The notes: generated by a model from the letters alone, not told the origin. Counted from the stretch's first letter, positions 7,338 to 19,123 are shown. The stretch: DNA of 64,000 nt from an uncultured Gemmatimonadales bacterium (GCA_963717315.1 CAVQWA010000053.1:18217-82216), one strand, 5' to 3'. Made by a program: numbers and translations.

Positions 7338-9473
7338 ATGCCGTCAATCAACGACGCGGGTCCGATCGCGACCCTCCGCCGGGCGCTCTGCGCCTGCCTG
7401 ATCGCACTTCCCCTGACGGGAGGCGCGGCCTTGGCGCAGCCGGCACCTGGGCTGGTGGTCCGGAAGCTCTCCTTCGAGGGCAATCGGGCCCTGGGCGAGG
7501 AGGTGCTCGCGGCCAGCATCGCGACGACGCGATCGAGCTGGTTCGCCACCAACCCGCTGGTGCGCTGGGCCGACCTCGGCGAGAAGCGCTACCTGGACGA
7601 GCAGCAGTTCCGGCGGGACGTGCTCCGCCTGGTGCTGCTCTATCGCCGGAGCGGGTTCCTGGAGGCGACGGTGGACACGGTGGTGCGGCGCACGGCCGAG
7701 GACGCCTACATCACCTTCCGGATCGAGGAGGGACCGCCAATCCGGCTCACCGGCATCACCATCAACGGCCTCGAGGCGGTCGCGGCGCGGGAGCGGGTGG
7801 TGCGCGACCTCCCGCTTCGCGTCGGCGACCCGTTCGACCGCCTCCTGCTCGGTGCCACGGCGGACACCCTGATCCGGCGCCTCAACGACCGCGGCTACCC
7901 GGCGGCCCAGGTCTTCAGCGGGTTCGACGTGGACCGGGATGCGCGCACCGCGGCCGTGACCCTCGAGGCGGTGCCGGGTGACTCGGCGGTGGTGGGCCGG
8001 ATCGAGGTGACCGGGGTGCGTCGGGTGGACACCGCGCTGGTGCGCGACCTCCTCGCCACCCGCCCGGGCCGGCCCTTCTCCCGGAAGGACCTCCTCGCCA
8101 GCCAGGTGAGCCTCTACACCAGCGAGCTGTTCCGCTTCGCCTCGGTGGACATCGACTCGGCCTGGTCGCCGGGGCCGGGGCCGGTGCCGATCCGGGTGCA
8201 GGTGGCGGAGGGCCGGTTCCACCAGGTCCGCGCCTTCGGCGGCTACGGCACCGACGACTGCCTCCGCGCCGGCGCGGGCTACACCGAGCGGAACCTGCTG
8301 GGCGAGGGGCGGATCCTCGACCTCAACCTCCGCTTCTCCAAGCTCGGCGTGGGGGATCCCACGCGCCTGGACCGGCTGGCCACCACCATCTGCGGCCCGA
8401 TCCAGGACGACTCGATCGGTTCCGGCAAGCTCAACTTCAGCGTGACCCTCGGGCTCCGCCGGCCGGCGTTCCTCTCCTACCGGAACGTCGGCACCGCCAC
8501 GCTCTTCGCGGAGCGGCGGTCGGAGGTCCGGGTGTACCGGCGCGAGGAACTCGGCTTCGGCCTCGGCCTCTCCCGGCAGGTGTGGAACCGGTTCCCGTTC
8601 AGCGTGCAGTACCGGCTCGGCTACGGCCGCACCGAGGCGCTGCCGGCCACCTACTGCGCCAACTTCAATGCCTGCACGCCGGGTGACATCACCCAGTTCC
8701 AGCAGCGCCGCCTGCTCGGCGTCCTGAGCTTCAACACGGCCCTCAACCGCACCAACAACGCCCTCGACCCGAGCCGCGGCACGCTGGCGTCCTTCGAGAC
8801 GGCCCACAGCAGCAGCGTCACCGGCTCGTCCGACCTGCAGCACTTCACCCGCGGCGTGGCGGACGTCTCGTGGTACCGGCCGCTGGGGCGCTCCACGGTG
8901 CTCGCCCTCCGCGCCCGGGGCGGCTACGTGTACGCCCCGCGCGCGGCCTTCGACAGTGGGGCGGTCACCTACGTTCCCCCGGAGCAGCGCTTCTACGCCG
9001 GCGGCCCCAACGACGTGCGGGGGTTCGAGCGCAACGCCCTCGGCCCCGTGGTGTACGTGGTCCGGGACGAGGACCTCACCCCGGATCCCGCCGACATCGA
9101 CCCCGACAAGCTCCGCTTCGCCGCGACCGGCGGCAACACGCTGTTCGTGGCGAACGCGGAACTCCGCTTCCCCGCGCCGGTGTTCCGGGGCCGGCTGCGG
9201 CTCGCCGCCTTCGTGGATGCGGGCGGGGTCTGGCAGCTCGGCGTGGACGACGCCCCGCAGAGCGAAATCCGCGTGACGCCGGGCGTCGGCATCCGGCTCA
9301 CCACGCCCCTCGGCCCGGCGCGGGTGGACGTCGGCTACAACCCCTACCGGCGCCAGACCGGCGCGCTCTACCGGGAGACGACCGACGGCGAGCTGATCCT
9401 GGTGACGTCCGACTTCTCCGCGCCGAAGCGCCAGAACTACACCATCCATTTCGCCGTCGGTCACGCCTTCTGA
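7338..9473 (+). CDS. Omp85-family outer-membrane protein (TamA/BamA-like: POTRA repeats plus surface-antigen D15 barrel)
   Basis: 711 aa with a signal peptide, POTRA-like repeats (V.KL.FEGN.AL....L) and a C-terminal barrel ending in an aromatic residue (HAF). Its stop overlaps the TamB-like start (TGATG). Confidence 0.85.
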   Translation: MPSINDAGPIATLRRALCACLIALPLTGGAALAQPAPGLVVRKLSFEGNRALGEEVLAASIATTRSSWFATNPLVRWADLGEKRYLDEQQFRRDVLRLVLLYRRSGFLEATVDTVVRRTAEDAYITFRIEEGPPIRLTGITINGLEAVAARERVVRDLPLRVGDPFDRLLLGATADTLIRRLNDRGYPAAQVFSGFDVDRDARTAAVTLEAVPGDSAVVGRIEVTGVRRVDTALVRDLLATRPGRPFSRKDLLASQVSLYTSELFRFASVDIDSAWSPGPGPVPIRVQVAEGRFHQVRAFGGYGTDDCLRAGAGYTERNLLGEGRILDLNLRFSKLGVGDPTRLDRLATTICGPIQDDSIGSGKLNFSVTLGLRRPAFLSYRNVGTATLFAERRSEVRVYRREELGFGLGLSRQVWNRFPFSVQYRLGYGRTEALPATYCANFNACTPGDITQFQQRRLLGVLSFNTALNRTNNALDPSRGTLASFETAHSSSVTGSSDLQHFTRGVADVSWYRPLGRSTVLALRARGGYVYAPRAAFDSGAVTYVPPEQRFYAGGPNDVRGFERNALGPVVYVVRDEDLTPDPADIDPDKLRFAATGGNTLFVANAELRFPAPVFRGRLRLAAFVDAGGVWQLGVDDAPQSEIRVTPGVGIRLTTPLGPARVDVGYNPYRRQTGALYRETTDGELILVTSDFSAPKRQNYTIHFAVGHAF

Positions 9474-12400
9474 TGCGACGCCACGCGCTCCGTCTCGGCC
9501 TGACCGCCGTCCTGGCGCTGCTGGGCGGCGCGCTCGGCCTCGTCACCGCGCTCGCGGCCTCGCCCACCGGCCGCGCGCTGCTCGCGCGCGCCGCATCGGA
9601 GGCACTCACCAGCCTGCTGCACGGCCAGGTGCGGATCGGCGCCGTCGGCGGGTCGTTCTTCGGCGGTATCACCCTCCGCGACCTGGAGATCCGGGATGAC
9701 GCGGGGCAGCCCTTCGCTCGCCTCCCGCGGGTCCTCGTGAAGTACCGGCTGGCCAGCATCCTCGCCGGGCGAATGGTGCTCGACCGGCTGGTGCTGGTGG
9801 AACCGGAGCTCGTGATCGTGAAGCGCCGCTCGGGGCGGACCAACCTGGAGGAGATCCTCCGGCTGGGCGAGGGCCCCGGCGGGGGGACGCCCCCGTTGGT
9901 CGAGTTCCGCCGGCTGCTGATCGTCTCGGGCACCGTGGAGATCCGCGTCCCCTGGAACCCGCCGCCGGAGGCCCGCACGCCGGACGCGGTGGCCGAAGCG
10001 CTGCGCGGGGAGCGGAGCCGCGAGGGACGGGAGATCGTCGTCGGGCCGGAGGGACTGGAGCGGGTGATCCGGCTCGAGCGCCTGACCGGCAACTTCCCGC
10101 GCCTCACCGTGAGCACTCCCGACCGGCGACCCCTCTCGGCGGAGGTGGACTCCCTCGCGATGGAGGTCAGCGACCCCGCGGTGAGCGTGCGGGACCTCGC
10201 GGGCCGCCTCGAGGTCCGGGGCGACACCCTGGCCTTCGACGTCGCACGCGCCGTGCTGCCGGGCACGGAGCTCTCCGGCGCGGGCCTGGTGCACTGGGAG
10301 GCGGGGCCACTCCGGTTCGATTTCCGGCTGGCCGCGCCGCGCGCCGACCTCGAGGACATCCGGTGGATCACGCCGGCGCTCCCGGCCATGACCGGGCGCG
10401 CCCAGGTGGCCGCCGCCTCCCCGGCGCCGGGGCGCAACGTGTTCACGCTCGACGACCTCGCGCTCGTCGCGGAGGACGGGAGCGAGGTCACGGGCCGGCT
10501 CACGGTCGTGGTGGATGACGGCAGCGACGACCTCGGCCTCGACGACCTGGCGCTCGAGTTCCGCGGCGTGGACCTGGTCCACTTCGAGGGCTTCCTCGAC
10601 ACCATCCCGCTCGATGGCCGCCTCACCGGCCCGGTGCGGACCGACGGGCGGATGAGCGACCTCGCGGTCCGGGTGGACTGGGCCTTCGCCGACGCGCGAC
10701 TGCCGGGCCGGCCGGTCAGCCGCCTCGCGGGCGCGGGCCGGCTCCGGTTGGGCGGCGCGGAGGGCCTCACCTTCCGCGGCTTCAACCTGACGTCGTCCGA
10801 TCTCTGGCTCCGGACCGTCCGCGAGGTCGCGCCGCCGGTGGTGCTCGAGGGACGGCTCGCGGCGTCGGGCCGCCTTGACGGCCCGTGGCGCGCGGCGACC
10901 TTCGTGGGGACCGCGGTGCACCGCGACGGCGACCGCCCGGCCAGTCGCGTGGAGGGAACCGCCTTCCTCGACATCCGGGGCGCCGAGAGCTTCCTCCGCG
11001 TCGACCTCGCGGCCGCGCCGCTCGATTTCGAGGGGATCCGCGCGGGCTTCCCGGCCCTGCCCACCCGGGGCGCGGTGGCGGGGCGGGTGGCGCTGGAGGG
11101 CACCACCGCCCGGATGCGGATCGTCGCGGCGCTCGACGGCGAGATCGGCCACGTGGAGTCCGACGGCTGGTTCGCCATCGACTATCCCGGGCGGTGGGGA
11201 GGGGATTCCGGCATCGTCCGCTTCCGGGGCCTCGACCTCGCGGCCCTCACCGCCCGGGGGCCCGCCACCCGGCTGGCCGGCACCCTCGTGCTCGAGGGGC
11301 TCGCGGGCACGGGCCGCGTCCCGGAGGGCCGGCTCACCCTCGCACTCGACGCCGGTTCGGTGTCCCGGTTCCGCTTCGACAGCCTGCACGGCGTCGTCTC
11401 GGTGCGGGACACGACGCTCCTCGTGGATCACGTGATGCTGGCCTGGCCCCAGGGCCAGCTGCTGGCCGACGGTGCCCTGGGGTGGCGCCGGGAGCGAACC
11501 GGCACGCTCCGGCTGGGCGTCGACGCCGCCACGCTCCGTCCCTTCGACGAGCTCGCCCACGCGCTGGCCGGCATCGCGGTGGACTCGCTCTCGCTCGAGA
11601 ACCCGCTCCGCGGGACGCTGACCGGGACGGCCACGCTCGAGGGCAGCCTCGACTCCCTGGCGGCCTCGGCCGACCTGGCGCTGCAGGATGCCGGATGGCG
11701 CGACGCGGCCTTCCCCGCGGCCGAGCTCTCGGTGGACTGGCAGTCCGGCCCGCCCGGCGCGCTCCGGCTCGACGCATCGGCCGTCGACCTGCGCTGGGGC
11801 GACCGCCGATTCACCGACCTCCGCCTGACGCTCGACGGCCGCCCCGACTCACTGGACTGGTCCGCCGGGGCCGGCCTGGGCGAAGGCTCGTCGGTGGTGG
11901 CGGGGGGCGCGTGGCAAGGGCGGGGGCTCGCGCACTTCACCCTGGAGGCCGATTCCCTGGCGCTCCTGGCCGGCGGCCATCCCTGGGCGCTCCAGCGGCC
12001 GGTGACGCTCGTGCGGGCTGATTCCTCCGTGACGCTCACCCCGGTGGACTTCGCGGCGGTGGACGGCGCGGGCGTGATCCGCACCGAGGGCAATCCCCCG
12101 TTCGGGACCCCGGGAGAGCTCCGCCTCGAGCTGGTCGGCGTTCCCCTCGTGGACGCGTTCCGCCTGATGCAGCGCGACACCAGCATCACCGGCGTGCTCG
12201 ATGCCGAGCTGCTCGTCGGCGGCACGCGGCTCCGCCCGACCTTCGGCGGCGCCGCCTCGCTCGCGGACCTCACCCTGCGCGACTTCCGCGCCCCGTTCGT
12301 GCAGGGAGTGATCAATTACGAGGACCGCATCCTCGACGCGAACCTGCTGCTGTGGAAGACCGGCTCGCGGGTGCTCACCCTGCGCGCGGCGCTGCCGCTC

Positions 12401-13888
12401 GACCTGGCATTCGCGGCGGTGCCGCAGCGCCGCCTCCCGGGCCCGCTCGACGTGGCGGCCCGCGCCGACAGCGTGGACCTCGGCATCGTCGAGGCCTTCA
12501 CGCCCTCGCTGCGCCAGGTCCGGGGCCTGCTGAACGCCGACATCGCGGTGGAGGGGGTGTGGGGCGCGCCGCGGCTTCGCGGGGCCGTGGCGCTGGACGA
12601 CGGCGCGGCGAGCGTCCCCGGCCTCGGCGTGCGCTTCACCGGGATCGCGGGACGGGCGTCGTTCCGCAGCGACTCGATGCTGCTGGACTCGCTGGTCGTC
12701 CGGGGTGGGGAGGGGCAGCTGGCGGTGGACGGCGCGGTGCGCTTCGCCGACCTCACCCGGCCACTGCTCGACCTGCGGCTCCGGCACCGGGACTTCCTCG
12801 CCCTCGACGTGCGGAACTATCTCACCCTCGAGGCCAGCGGCGAGCTGTCGCTCACCGGCCCGGTGTTCGGCGCCACGCTCGCCGGCCAGCTGCGGGCCGA
12901 GCGGGGGCAGCTCTACTTCGCCGACCTGGTGATGAAGGACATCGTGAACCTCGAGGACCCGGCCAACGCGGACCTCATCGACACGACCCTCATCCGCACC
13001 CAGGGTCTCGGCGCGGCGTTCCAGAACCGGTTCCTCGACTCGCTGCGCATCACCGACCTGCGCCTCACGATCGGCGACGACTTCTGGCTCCGCTCGAACG
13101 AGGCGAACATCCAGGTGGACGGCCTGGTGCGGGTGAACAAGGTCCGGCAGGACTACCGCTTCGACGGCACGTTCAACGCCCGCCGCGGCACCTACGCCCT
13201 CAACCTCGGGTTCGTGACCCGCGACTTCACGGTGAAGCGGGGGACGGTCCGCTACTTCGGCACCCCCGACCTCAACGCCGAGCTCGACCTCGAGGCGGAA
13301 CACGTGGTGCGGCCGATCGACGATCCCGACGACATCCTCGTGACCGCGCGGATCCGTGGGACGCTGCTCGCCCCGGACCTGTCCCTGACCAGCGACGTCC
13401 GTCCGCCGCTCACCGAGACCGACATCGTCTCGTACCTCATGTTCGGCCGGCCCTCGAGCAACCTCGCCTCGGGCGGGGCCCCGGGGACGAGCGAGCGGCT
13501 CGCGCTCGACGCCGGCCTCTCCGTGCTCTCGAGCGAGATCGAGCGCACCCTGATCTCCGACCTCGGGTTCCCGGTGGACTTCATCCAGATCCGTCCGGCC
13601 GTGGGCGCCAGCGGGTCCGGTGCGGCCTCCGGGGTGACCGAGCTCCGGGCCGGCTGGCAGGTCGGCCGCCAGTGGTTCCTCACCTTCGACGCCGGCTTCT
13701 GCGGGCTCAGCCAGTTCAGCTACAACAGCGTCGGCGCGAGCGTGGAGTACCGCTTCCTGCGGCACTGGCGTGCGCAGCTGAGCGTGGAGCCGCTGCTGGC
13801 CTGCGTCGGGGGGCGGCAGGTCGATCCGCTCTCGACCACCGGCCGCTACCAGGTGGGCCTCGACCTCTTCTGGGAGAAGGAGTACTAG
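9473..13888 (+). CDS. tamB: Translocation and assembly module protein TamB-like (N-terminal anchor, long beta-rich body, DUF490 C-terminus)
   Basis: Uses the in-frame ATG at 9473 of the 1672-aa track ORF, giving 1471 aa. N-terminal TM segment MRRHALRLGLTAVLALLGGALGLV. C-terminal DUF490-like motif RGTY.L.LG...R.F.V.RGTV.Y.G.P.LNA.LDL.A. Confidence 0.85.
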   Translation: MRRHALRLGLTAVLALLGGALGLVTALAASPTGRALLARAASEALTSLLHGQVRIGAVGGSFFGGITLRDLEIRDDAGQPFARLPRVLVKYRLASILAGRMVLDRLVLVEPELVIVKRRSGRTNLEEILRLGEGPGGGTPPLVEFRRLLIVSGTVEIRVPWNPPPEARTPDAVAEALRGERSREGREIVVGPEGLERVIRLERLTGNFPRLTVSTPDRRPLSAEVDSLAMEVSDPAVSVRDLAGRLEVRGDTLAFDVARAVLPGTELSGAGLVHWEAGPLRFDFRLAAPRADLEDIRWITPALPAMTGRAQVAAASPAPGRNVFTLDDLALVAEDGSEVTGRLTVVVDDGSDDLGLDDLALEFRGVDLVHFEGFLDTIPLDGRLTGPVRTDGRMSDLAVRVDWAFADARLPGRPVSRLAGAGRLRLGGAEGLTFRGFNLTSSDLWLRTVREVAPPVVLEGRLAASGRLDGPWRAATFVGTAVHRDGDRPASRVEGTAFLDIRGAESFLRVDLAAAPLDFEGIRAGFPALPTRGAVAGRVALEGTTARMRIVAALDGEIGHVESDGWFAIDYPGRWGGDSGIVRFRGLDLAALTARGPATRLAGTLVLEGLAGTGRVPEGRLTLALDAGSVSRFRFDSLHGVVSVRDTTLLVDHVMLAWPQGQLLADGALGWRRERTGTLRLGVDAATLRPFDELAHALAGIAVDSLSLENPLRGTLTGTATLEGSLDSLAASADLALQDAGWRDAAFPAAELSVDWQSGPPGALRLDASAVDLRWGDRRFTDLRLTLDGRPDSLDWSAGAGLGEGSSVVAGGAWQGRGLAHFTLEADSLALLAGGHPWALQRPVTLVRADSSVTLTPVDFAAVDGAGVIRTEGNPPFGTPGELRLELVGVPLVDAFRLMQRDTSITGVLDAELLVGGTRLRPTFGGAASLADLTLRDFRAPFVQGVINYEDRILDANLLLWKTGSRVLTLRAALPLDLAFAAVPQRRLPGPLDVAARADSVDLGIVEAFTPSLRQVRGLLNADIAVEGVWGAPRLRGAVALDDGAASVPGLGVRFTGIAGRASFRSDSMLLDSLVVRGGEGQLAVDGAVRFADLTRPLLDLRLRHRDFLALDVRNYLTLEASGELSLTGPVFGATLAGQLRAERGQLYFADLVMKDIVNLEDPANADLIDTTLIRTQGLGAAFQNRFLDSLRITDLRLTIGDDFWLRSNEANIQVDGLVRVNKVRQDYRFDGTFNARRGTYALNLGFVTRDFTVKRGTVRYFGTPDLNAELDLEAEHVVRPIDDPDDILVTARIRGTLLAPDLSLTSDVRPPLTETDIVSYLMFGRPSSNLASGGAPGTSERLALDAGLSVLSSEIERTLISDLGFPVDFIQIRPAVGASGSGAASGVTELRAGWQVGRQWFLTFDAGFCGLSQFSYNSVGASVEYRFLRHWRAQLSVEPLLACVGGRQVDPLSTTGRYQVGLDLFWEKEY

Positions 13889-13890
13889 GC

Positions 13891-14790
13891 GTGCGACTCC
13901 TCCTCATCACCAACCCGGCCGCGGCCCGGACCCAGCCCCACGTGGTGAAGGGCATCCTGGACGCCCTGCGCGCCGGGGGATGGCAGGCCGAGGTGGCCGC
14001 CACCGGCGGGCCGGGCGACGCGCGGCGGCTGGCGGCGGAGGGCGTGGCCGACGGCATGGAGGTGGTGGCGGTGTTCGGCGGGGACGGCACCACGATGCAG
14101 GCCGCGAGCGCGCTGGTCGGCACCGACGTGGCGCTGGGCGTGATCCCCGGTGGCACGGGCAACCTGCTCGCCGGGAACCTCCGCATTCCCGCCACGCCGG
14201 TGCGCGCCGCGCAGGCGCTGGTGCGGGGCCGGCGGAAGCGGCTCGACCTCGGCCGCGTGGAGCGCGACGACGGCACCCACTACTTCGCCGTGGCCGGCGG
14301 CGCCGGGTATGACGCCCGGGTGATGGTCGAGACCTCCGCCGAGCACAAGCGCCGCTGGGGAATGGTGGCATACGCCGCCACGACGCTCCGGCTGCTGCAC
14401 GAGCTCCGCAGCACCAGGTACCACATCACGGTGGACGGCACGGAGCTGGAGGCCAACGCCGCCCTCGTCCTGGTGGCGAACTGTGCGGAGGTGATCCCGC
14501 CCTTCGTGCGGTTCGGCCGCACCGTGCGCCCCGACGACGGGATCCTCGACGTGATCGTGCTCCGTGCCGACACGCTGGGCCAGAGCGTGCGCGCCATCTG
14601 GGACCTGCTCCGCGAGGCGGAGGGCGGGGCGGAGCGCGCCTTCGTGGGGTTCGCGCGCGGGGCGGAGATCACGGTCGAGGCGATTCCCGTCCAGCCGGTC
14701 GAGTTCGACGGCGACGGGGCGGGACGCACGCCCTTCACGGCCGTCGTCGTCCCCGGGGCGGTCGAGGTCCTCGTGCCGGTGGGCTCGTGA
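13891..14790 (+). CDS. Diacylglycerol kinase-family lipid kinase (YegS/BmrU-like)
   Basis: GTG at 13891, 3 nt after the tamB stop. Motifs: V.VFGGDGT and GVIP.GTGN.LA.NL.IP. Confidence 0.85.
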   Translation: MRLLLITNPAAARTQPHVVKGILDALRAGGWQAEVAATGGPGDARRLAAEGVADGMEVVAVFGGDGTTMQAASALVGTDVALGVIPGGTGNLLAGNLRIPATPVRAAQALVRGRRKRLDLGRVERDDGTHYFAVAGGAGYDARVMVETSAEHKRRWGMVAYAATTLRLLHELRSTRYHITVDGTELEANAALVLVANCAEVIPPFVRFGRTVRPDDGILDVIVLRADTLGQSVRAIWDLLREAEGGAERAFVGFARGAEITVEAIPVQPVEFDGDGAGRTPFTAVVVPGAVEVLVPVGS

Positions 14791-17546
14791 ACGCGCCCCC
14801 CGCCCTCGTGCGACCGACGCCGGTCGAAGCCGCCGCGCTGCTGGCCGACCTGGCCCGCGGGCTCGCGGCCGCCGGGACGCTCGAGGATGCGGTGGAGCTC
14901 GGGCTCGACGCGGTGCGACGGCTCCTGCCCGGGGACGGCGCCGCGGTGGCCGAGCGGCTCGACGAGCCCCCGGGCAGCCTGGTGGTGCTTGGCGCCGCCG
15001 GCCCGGAGGCCCGGGTCCAGCCGGCGGGGATGGTGCTCGGCCCGTCCTCGCTCGCCGCGGCCGTGCTGCGGGGCGGCCTGCGCGTGAGCCCCAATCTCGA
15101 CGCCGAGTCGGAGGCGGCCGTCAACCCGCTCCGCACCCGCCTCGCGCGGGCGGGGGTGATGCTGCCGATGCGGCTCGGCGGCGGCACCGGAGGGGTGCTC
15201 ACGGTCTCCGCCGCGGACGTCCCCTGGCGCGCGCCGGACCCGGCGGACCTCCAGCTGCTCGCCGCCGCCGCCGACCAGCTCGGCGGGGCGATCGTGGCCC
15301 TGCGCACCCGCGGCCAGCTGCTCAAGCGGCTCGACCAGATCGACGCGCTCGGCCGGATCGCCCACGCGCTCACCGGGGTGGAGGACGCGCACCGGACGAT
15401 GGAGTTCGTGGCGGAGCAGGGGCGGGAAGTCTTCCTGGCCCAGCGCGCCGGCGTCTTCCTGTTCGACTGGGCGTCGGGGCGGGCCGACTGCGTGGTGGCC
15501 CTCGGCCTCCCCACCGAGTTCGTCGACGCGATGTGCGGGCGGCTGCTGCAGACCCCGGTGGCGCGGACGCTGGCGCGCCGGTTGCCGGTGTTCCACGCCG
15601 ATGCCCCGCGCGAGGCGGAGCCGGCGCTCCGCGAGGCGGTGCGCGCCGCCGGGTTCCGCTCGGCGGCCCTGCTCCCGCTGGTCTTCGGCGGGGAGACGAT
15701 CGGCGTGCTCGCCTTCTACCACGACCACCCCCAGCCCTGGCCGCACGACGAGCAGCGGCTGGCAACCGCCTTCGCCGACCAGGCGGCGCTGGCGATCGGC
15801 AAGAGCCGCCTGGTGGAGCAGATTGCGCGGGGCAAGCGCGAGTGGCAGTCGGCGTTCGACGCCACGGCGGGCGGCCTCGCGATCACCGACGCGGAGGGCA
15901 GGGTCGTGCGGGGCAACCGGGCGCTGGCGCGGATGGCCGGCCTGCCGGTGACGTCGCTCCCCGGCCGCGAACTCCGCGCCATCCTGCCCGCCTGGCCCGA
16001 GGCCGGCCCCGACCCGATGCGCGACGCCCTCGCCGGTGGCCGCGCGGTGACCGGGCTGCTCGAGGTGGGCGACCGCCTCCACGTCGTCACCGCCACGCCC
16101 CTCCCCGATCGCGGCCTGGTGGTCGCGCTCGAGGACGTGACCGAGGTCGTGCGCCTCGAGGACCGGTTCCGGCGGGTGGTGCAGAATGCCTACGACGCCA
16201 TCGTGATCGCCGATGCGGACGGGCGGGTGGGCTTCGCCAACCCCGCCGCGGCGGAACTGTTCGACGCCCCCGTGGAGTCGCTCCTCCGCCGCCCCCTCGA
16301 CGAGCTGGTCCCCGACCCGGTGGGCACGCCGCCCGGACTCCCGGCCGCCAGCGCGGCGCGGCGCTTCGAGTCGGTGGTGCGGCAGGCGGACGGCGGGGTG
16401 CGCTTCGTGGCGGTGTCGAGCGCCCCGCTGGGTGAGGTCGGCCAGGCCGCCGGGCGGGTGGCGGTGCTGCGCGACGTGACCGCCGAGCGGATGGCGGCGG
16501 AGGAGCGGCGGCGCTCCGAGGCGCGCTACCGCACCCTGTTCGCCTCGGCTCCGCTCGCGATCTTCACCCTGTCACCCGAGGGCCGCTTCCTCTCGGTGAA
16601 CCGGGCCGCGCTCGCGCTGGTCGGACTGGCCCAGCCACGGCCCGGGCTCCGGCTCCAGGAGTTCCTCACCCCGCGGGAGGCCCAGCGGGTCGAGGCGGAC
16701 CTCGCGCGCACGCTCGCGGGCGAAGCGCGCGAGGTCCCCATCCGGTTCCGCCGGCTCGATGGCGCCTCCCGGGAGGCGGCGCTCGTGACCGTGGCGGTGG
16801 ACGAGCCGGCCGCCGGGCGGGCGGTGCTCGCGATCGCGCGCGACATCACCGACGAGCGGGCGATGCGGGACCGGCTCATCCACACCGAGAAGATGGCGGC
16901 GCTCGGTCATCTCGTGTCGGGCGTCGCGCACGAGCTCAACAATCCCCTCGCGGGCATCGCGGCCCTCGCCCAGGCCTTGATGCTCGAGGAACCGCTCGAC
17001 CCGGGCACGCGCCGGGTCCTCGAGGCCATCCGCGAGGAGGCGGGGCGCGCGGGGCGGACCGTCACCGACCTGCTCACCTTCGGCCGCCAGCGACCGCTGC
17101 AGCGGGCGCCGACCGACCTGAACGCGCTGGTGCGGGACATCCTCCTGATCCGGCCGCCGTGGGGCGGCGCCTTCCGGCTCGACCTCGAGCCCGGGCTGCC
17201 CCTGGTCGACGCCGACGCCGACCAGTTGCGGCAGGTCATCCTCAACCTCCTCGGCAACGCCGAGTACGCGATGCGGGGGCGGGCCGGCTCCGTCCGCGTG
17301 ACCACGTGGGCCTCCGACACCGCGGTGGGCCTGGCGGTGGAGGACGACGGGCCCGGGATCTCCCCCGAGGCGATGGCACGCGTCTTCGAGCCCTTCTTCA
17401 CCACGAAGGGAGGCGACGGCTCCGGCCTCGGGCTCTCCATGTCCCACGGCATCGTGCGGGCGCACGGCGGCGACATCGGCGCCGTGAACCGTCCCGAGGG
17501 CGGCGTGCGCGTCTGGTTCGAGCTCCCGCGAGCGGGGGCGCAATGA
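14787..17546 (+). CDS. Sensor histidine kinase with GAF and PAS domains, HisKA and HATPase_c
   Basis: 919 aa. H-box GVAHELNNPLAGI, N/G boxes LLGNAEYAM and DDGPGI........FEPFFTTK..G.GLGLS. GTGA overlap with the upstream gene. Confidence 0.9.
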   Translation: MNAPPALVRPTPVEAAALLADLARGLAAAGTLEDAVELGLDAVRRLLPGDGAAVAERLDEPPGSLVVLGAAGPEARVQPAGMVLGPSSLAAAVLRGGLRVSPNLDAESEAAVNPLRTRLARAGVMLPMRLGGGTGGVLTVSAADVPWRAPDPADLQLLAAAADQLGGAIVALRTRGQLLKRLDQIDALGRIAHALTGVEDAHRTMEFVAEQGREVFLAQRAGVFLFDWASGRADCVVALGLPTEFVDAMCGRLLQTPVARTLARRLPVFHADAPREAEPALREAVRAAGFRSAALLPLVFGGETIGVLAFYHDHPQPWPHDEQRLATAFADQAALAIGKSRLVEQIARGKREWQSAFDATAGGLAITDAEGRVVRGNRALARMAGLPVTSLPGRELRAILPAWPEAGPDPMRDALAGGRAVTGLLEVGDRLHVVTATPLPDRGLVVALEDVTEVVRLEDRFRRVVQNAYDAIVIADADGRVGFANPAAAELFDAPVESLLRRPLDELVPDPVGTPPGLPAASAARRFESVVRQADGGVRFVAVSSAPLGEVGQAAGRVAVLRDVTAERMAAEERRRSEARYRTLFASAPLAIFTLSPEGRFLSVNRAALALVGLAQPRPGLRLQEFLTPREAQRVEADLARTLAGEAREVPIRFRRLDGASREAALVTVAVDEPAAGRAVLAIARDITDERAMRDRLIHTEKMAALGHLVSGVAHELNNPLAGIAALAQALMLEEPLDPGTRRVLEAIREEAGRAGRTVTDLLTFGRQRPLQRAPTDLNALVRDILLIRPPWGGAFRLDLEPGLPLVDADADQLRQVILNLLGNAEYAMRGRAGSVRVTTWASDTAVGLAVEDDGPGISPEAMARVFEPFFTTKGGDGSGLGLSMSHGIVRAHGGDIGAVNRPEGGVRVWFELPRAGAQ

Positions 17547-17562
17547 CGTCCTTCCTGAGGCG

Positions 17563-18912
<1,350 letters not shown>

Positions 18913-18925
18913 ACCGGAGGCCCCG

Positions 18926-19123
18926 ATGGCCGAACTGCACGAACACGACGCAATGACCTGCCGCAGCTGCGGCCGGGAGGAGCGCGCGACCGAGGGCTAT
19001 CCCTGCGCGAACTGCGGGACGTTCCTCTGCCTGGTCTGCACCTTCCGGGGCGTGACCCGGTGCGCGCAGTGCCGCGGCGAGGCGGTCGGCGACGCCCCCG
19101 TGCCGGAGGGACGGCCCCGGTGA
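18926..19123 (+). CDS. Small cysteine-rich protein with four CxxC pairs (predicted double zinc ribbon)
   Basis: 65-aa track ORF. GGAGG lies 5 nt before the ATG. CxxC pairs at residues 12/15, 27/30, 35/38 and 46/49. Its stop overlaps the next gene's GTG start (GTGA). Confidence 0.6.
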   Translation: MAELHEHDAMTCRSCGREERATEGYPCANCGTFLCLVCTFRGVTRCAQCRGEAVGDAPVPEGRPR

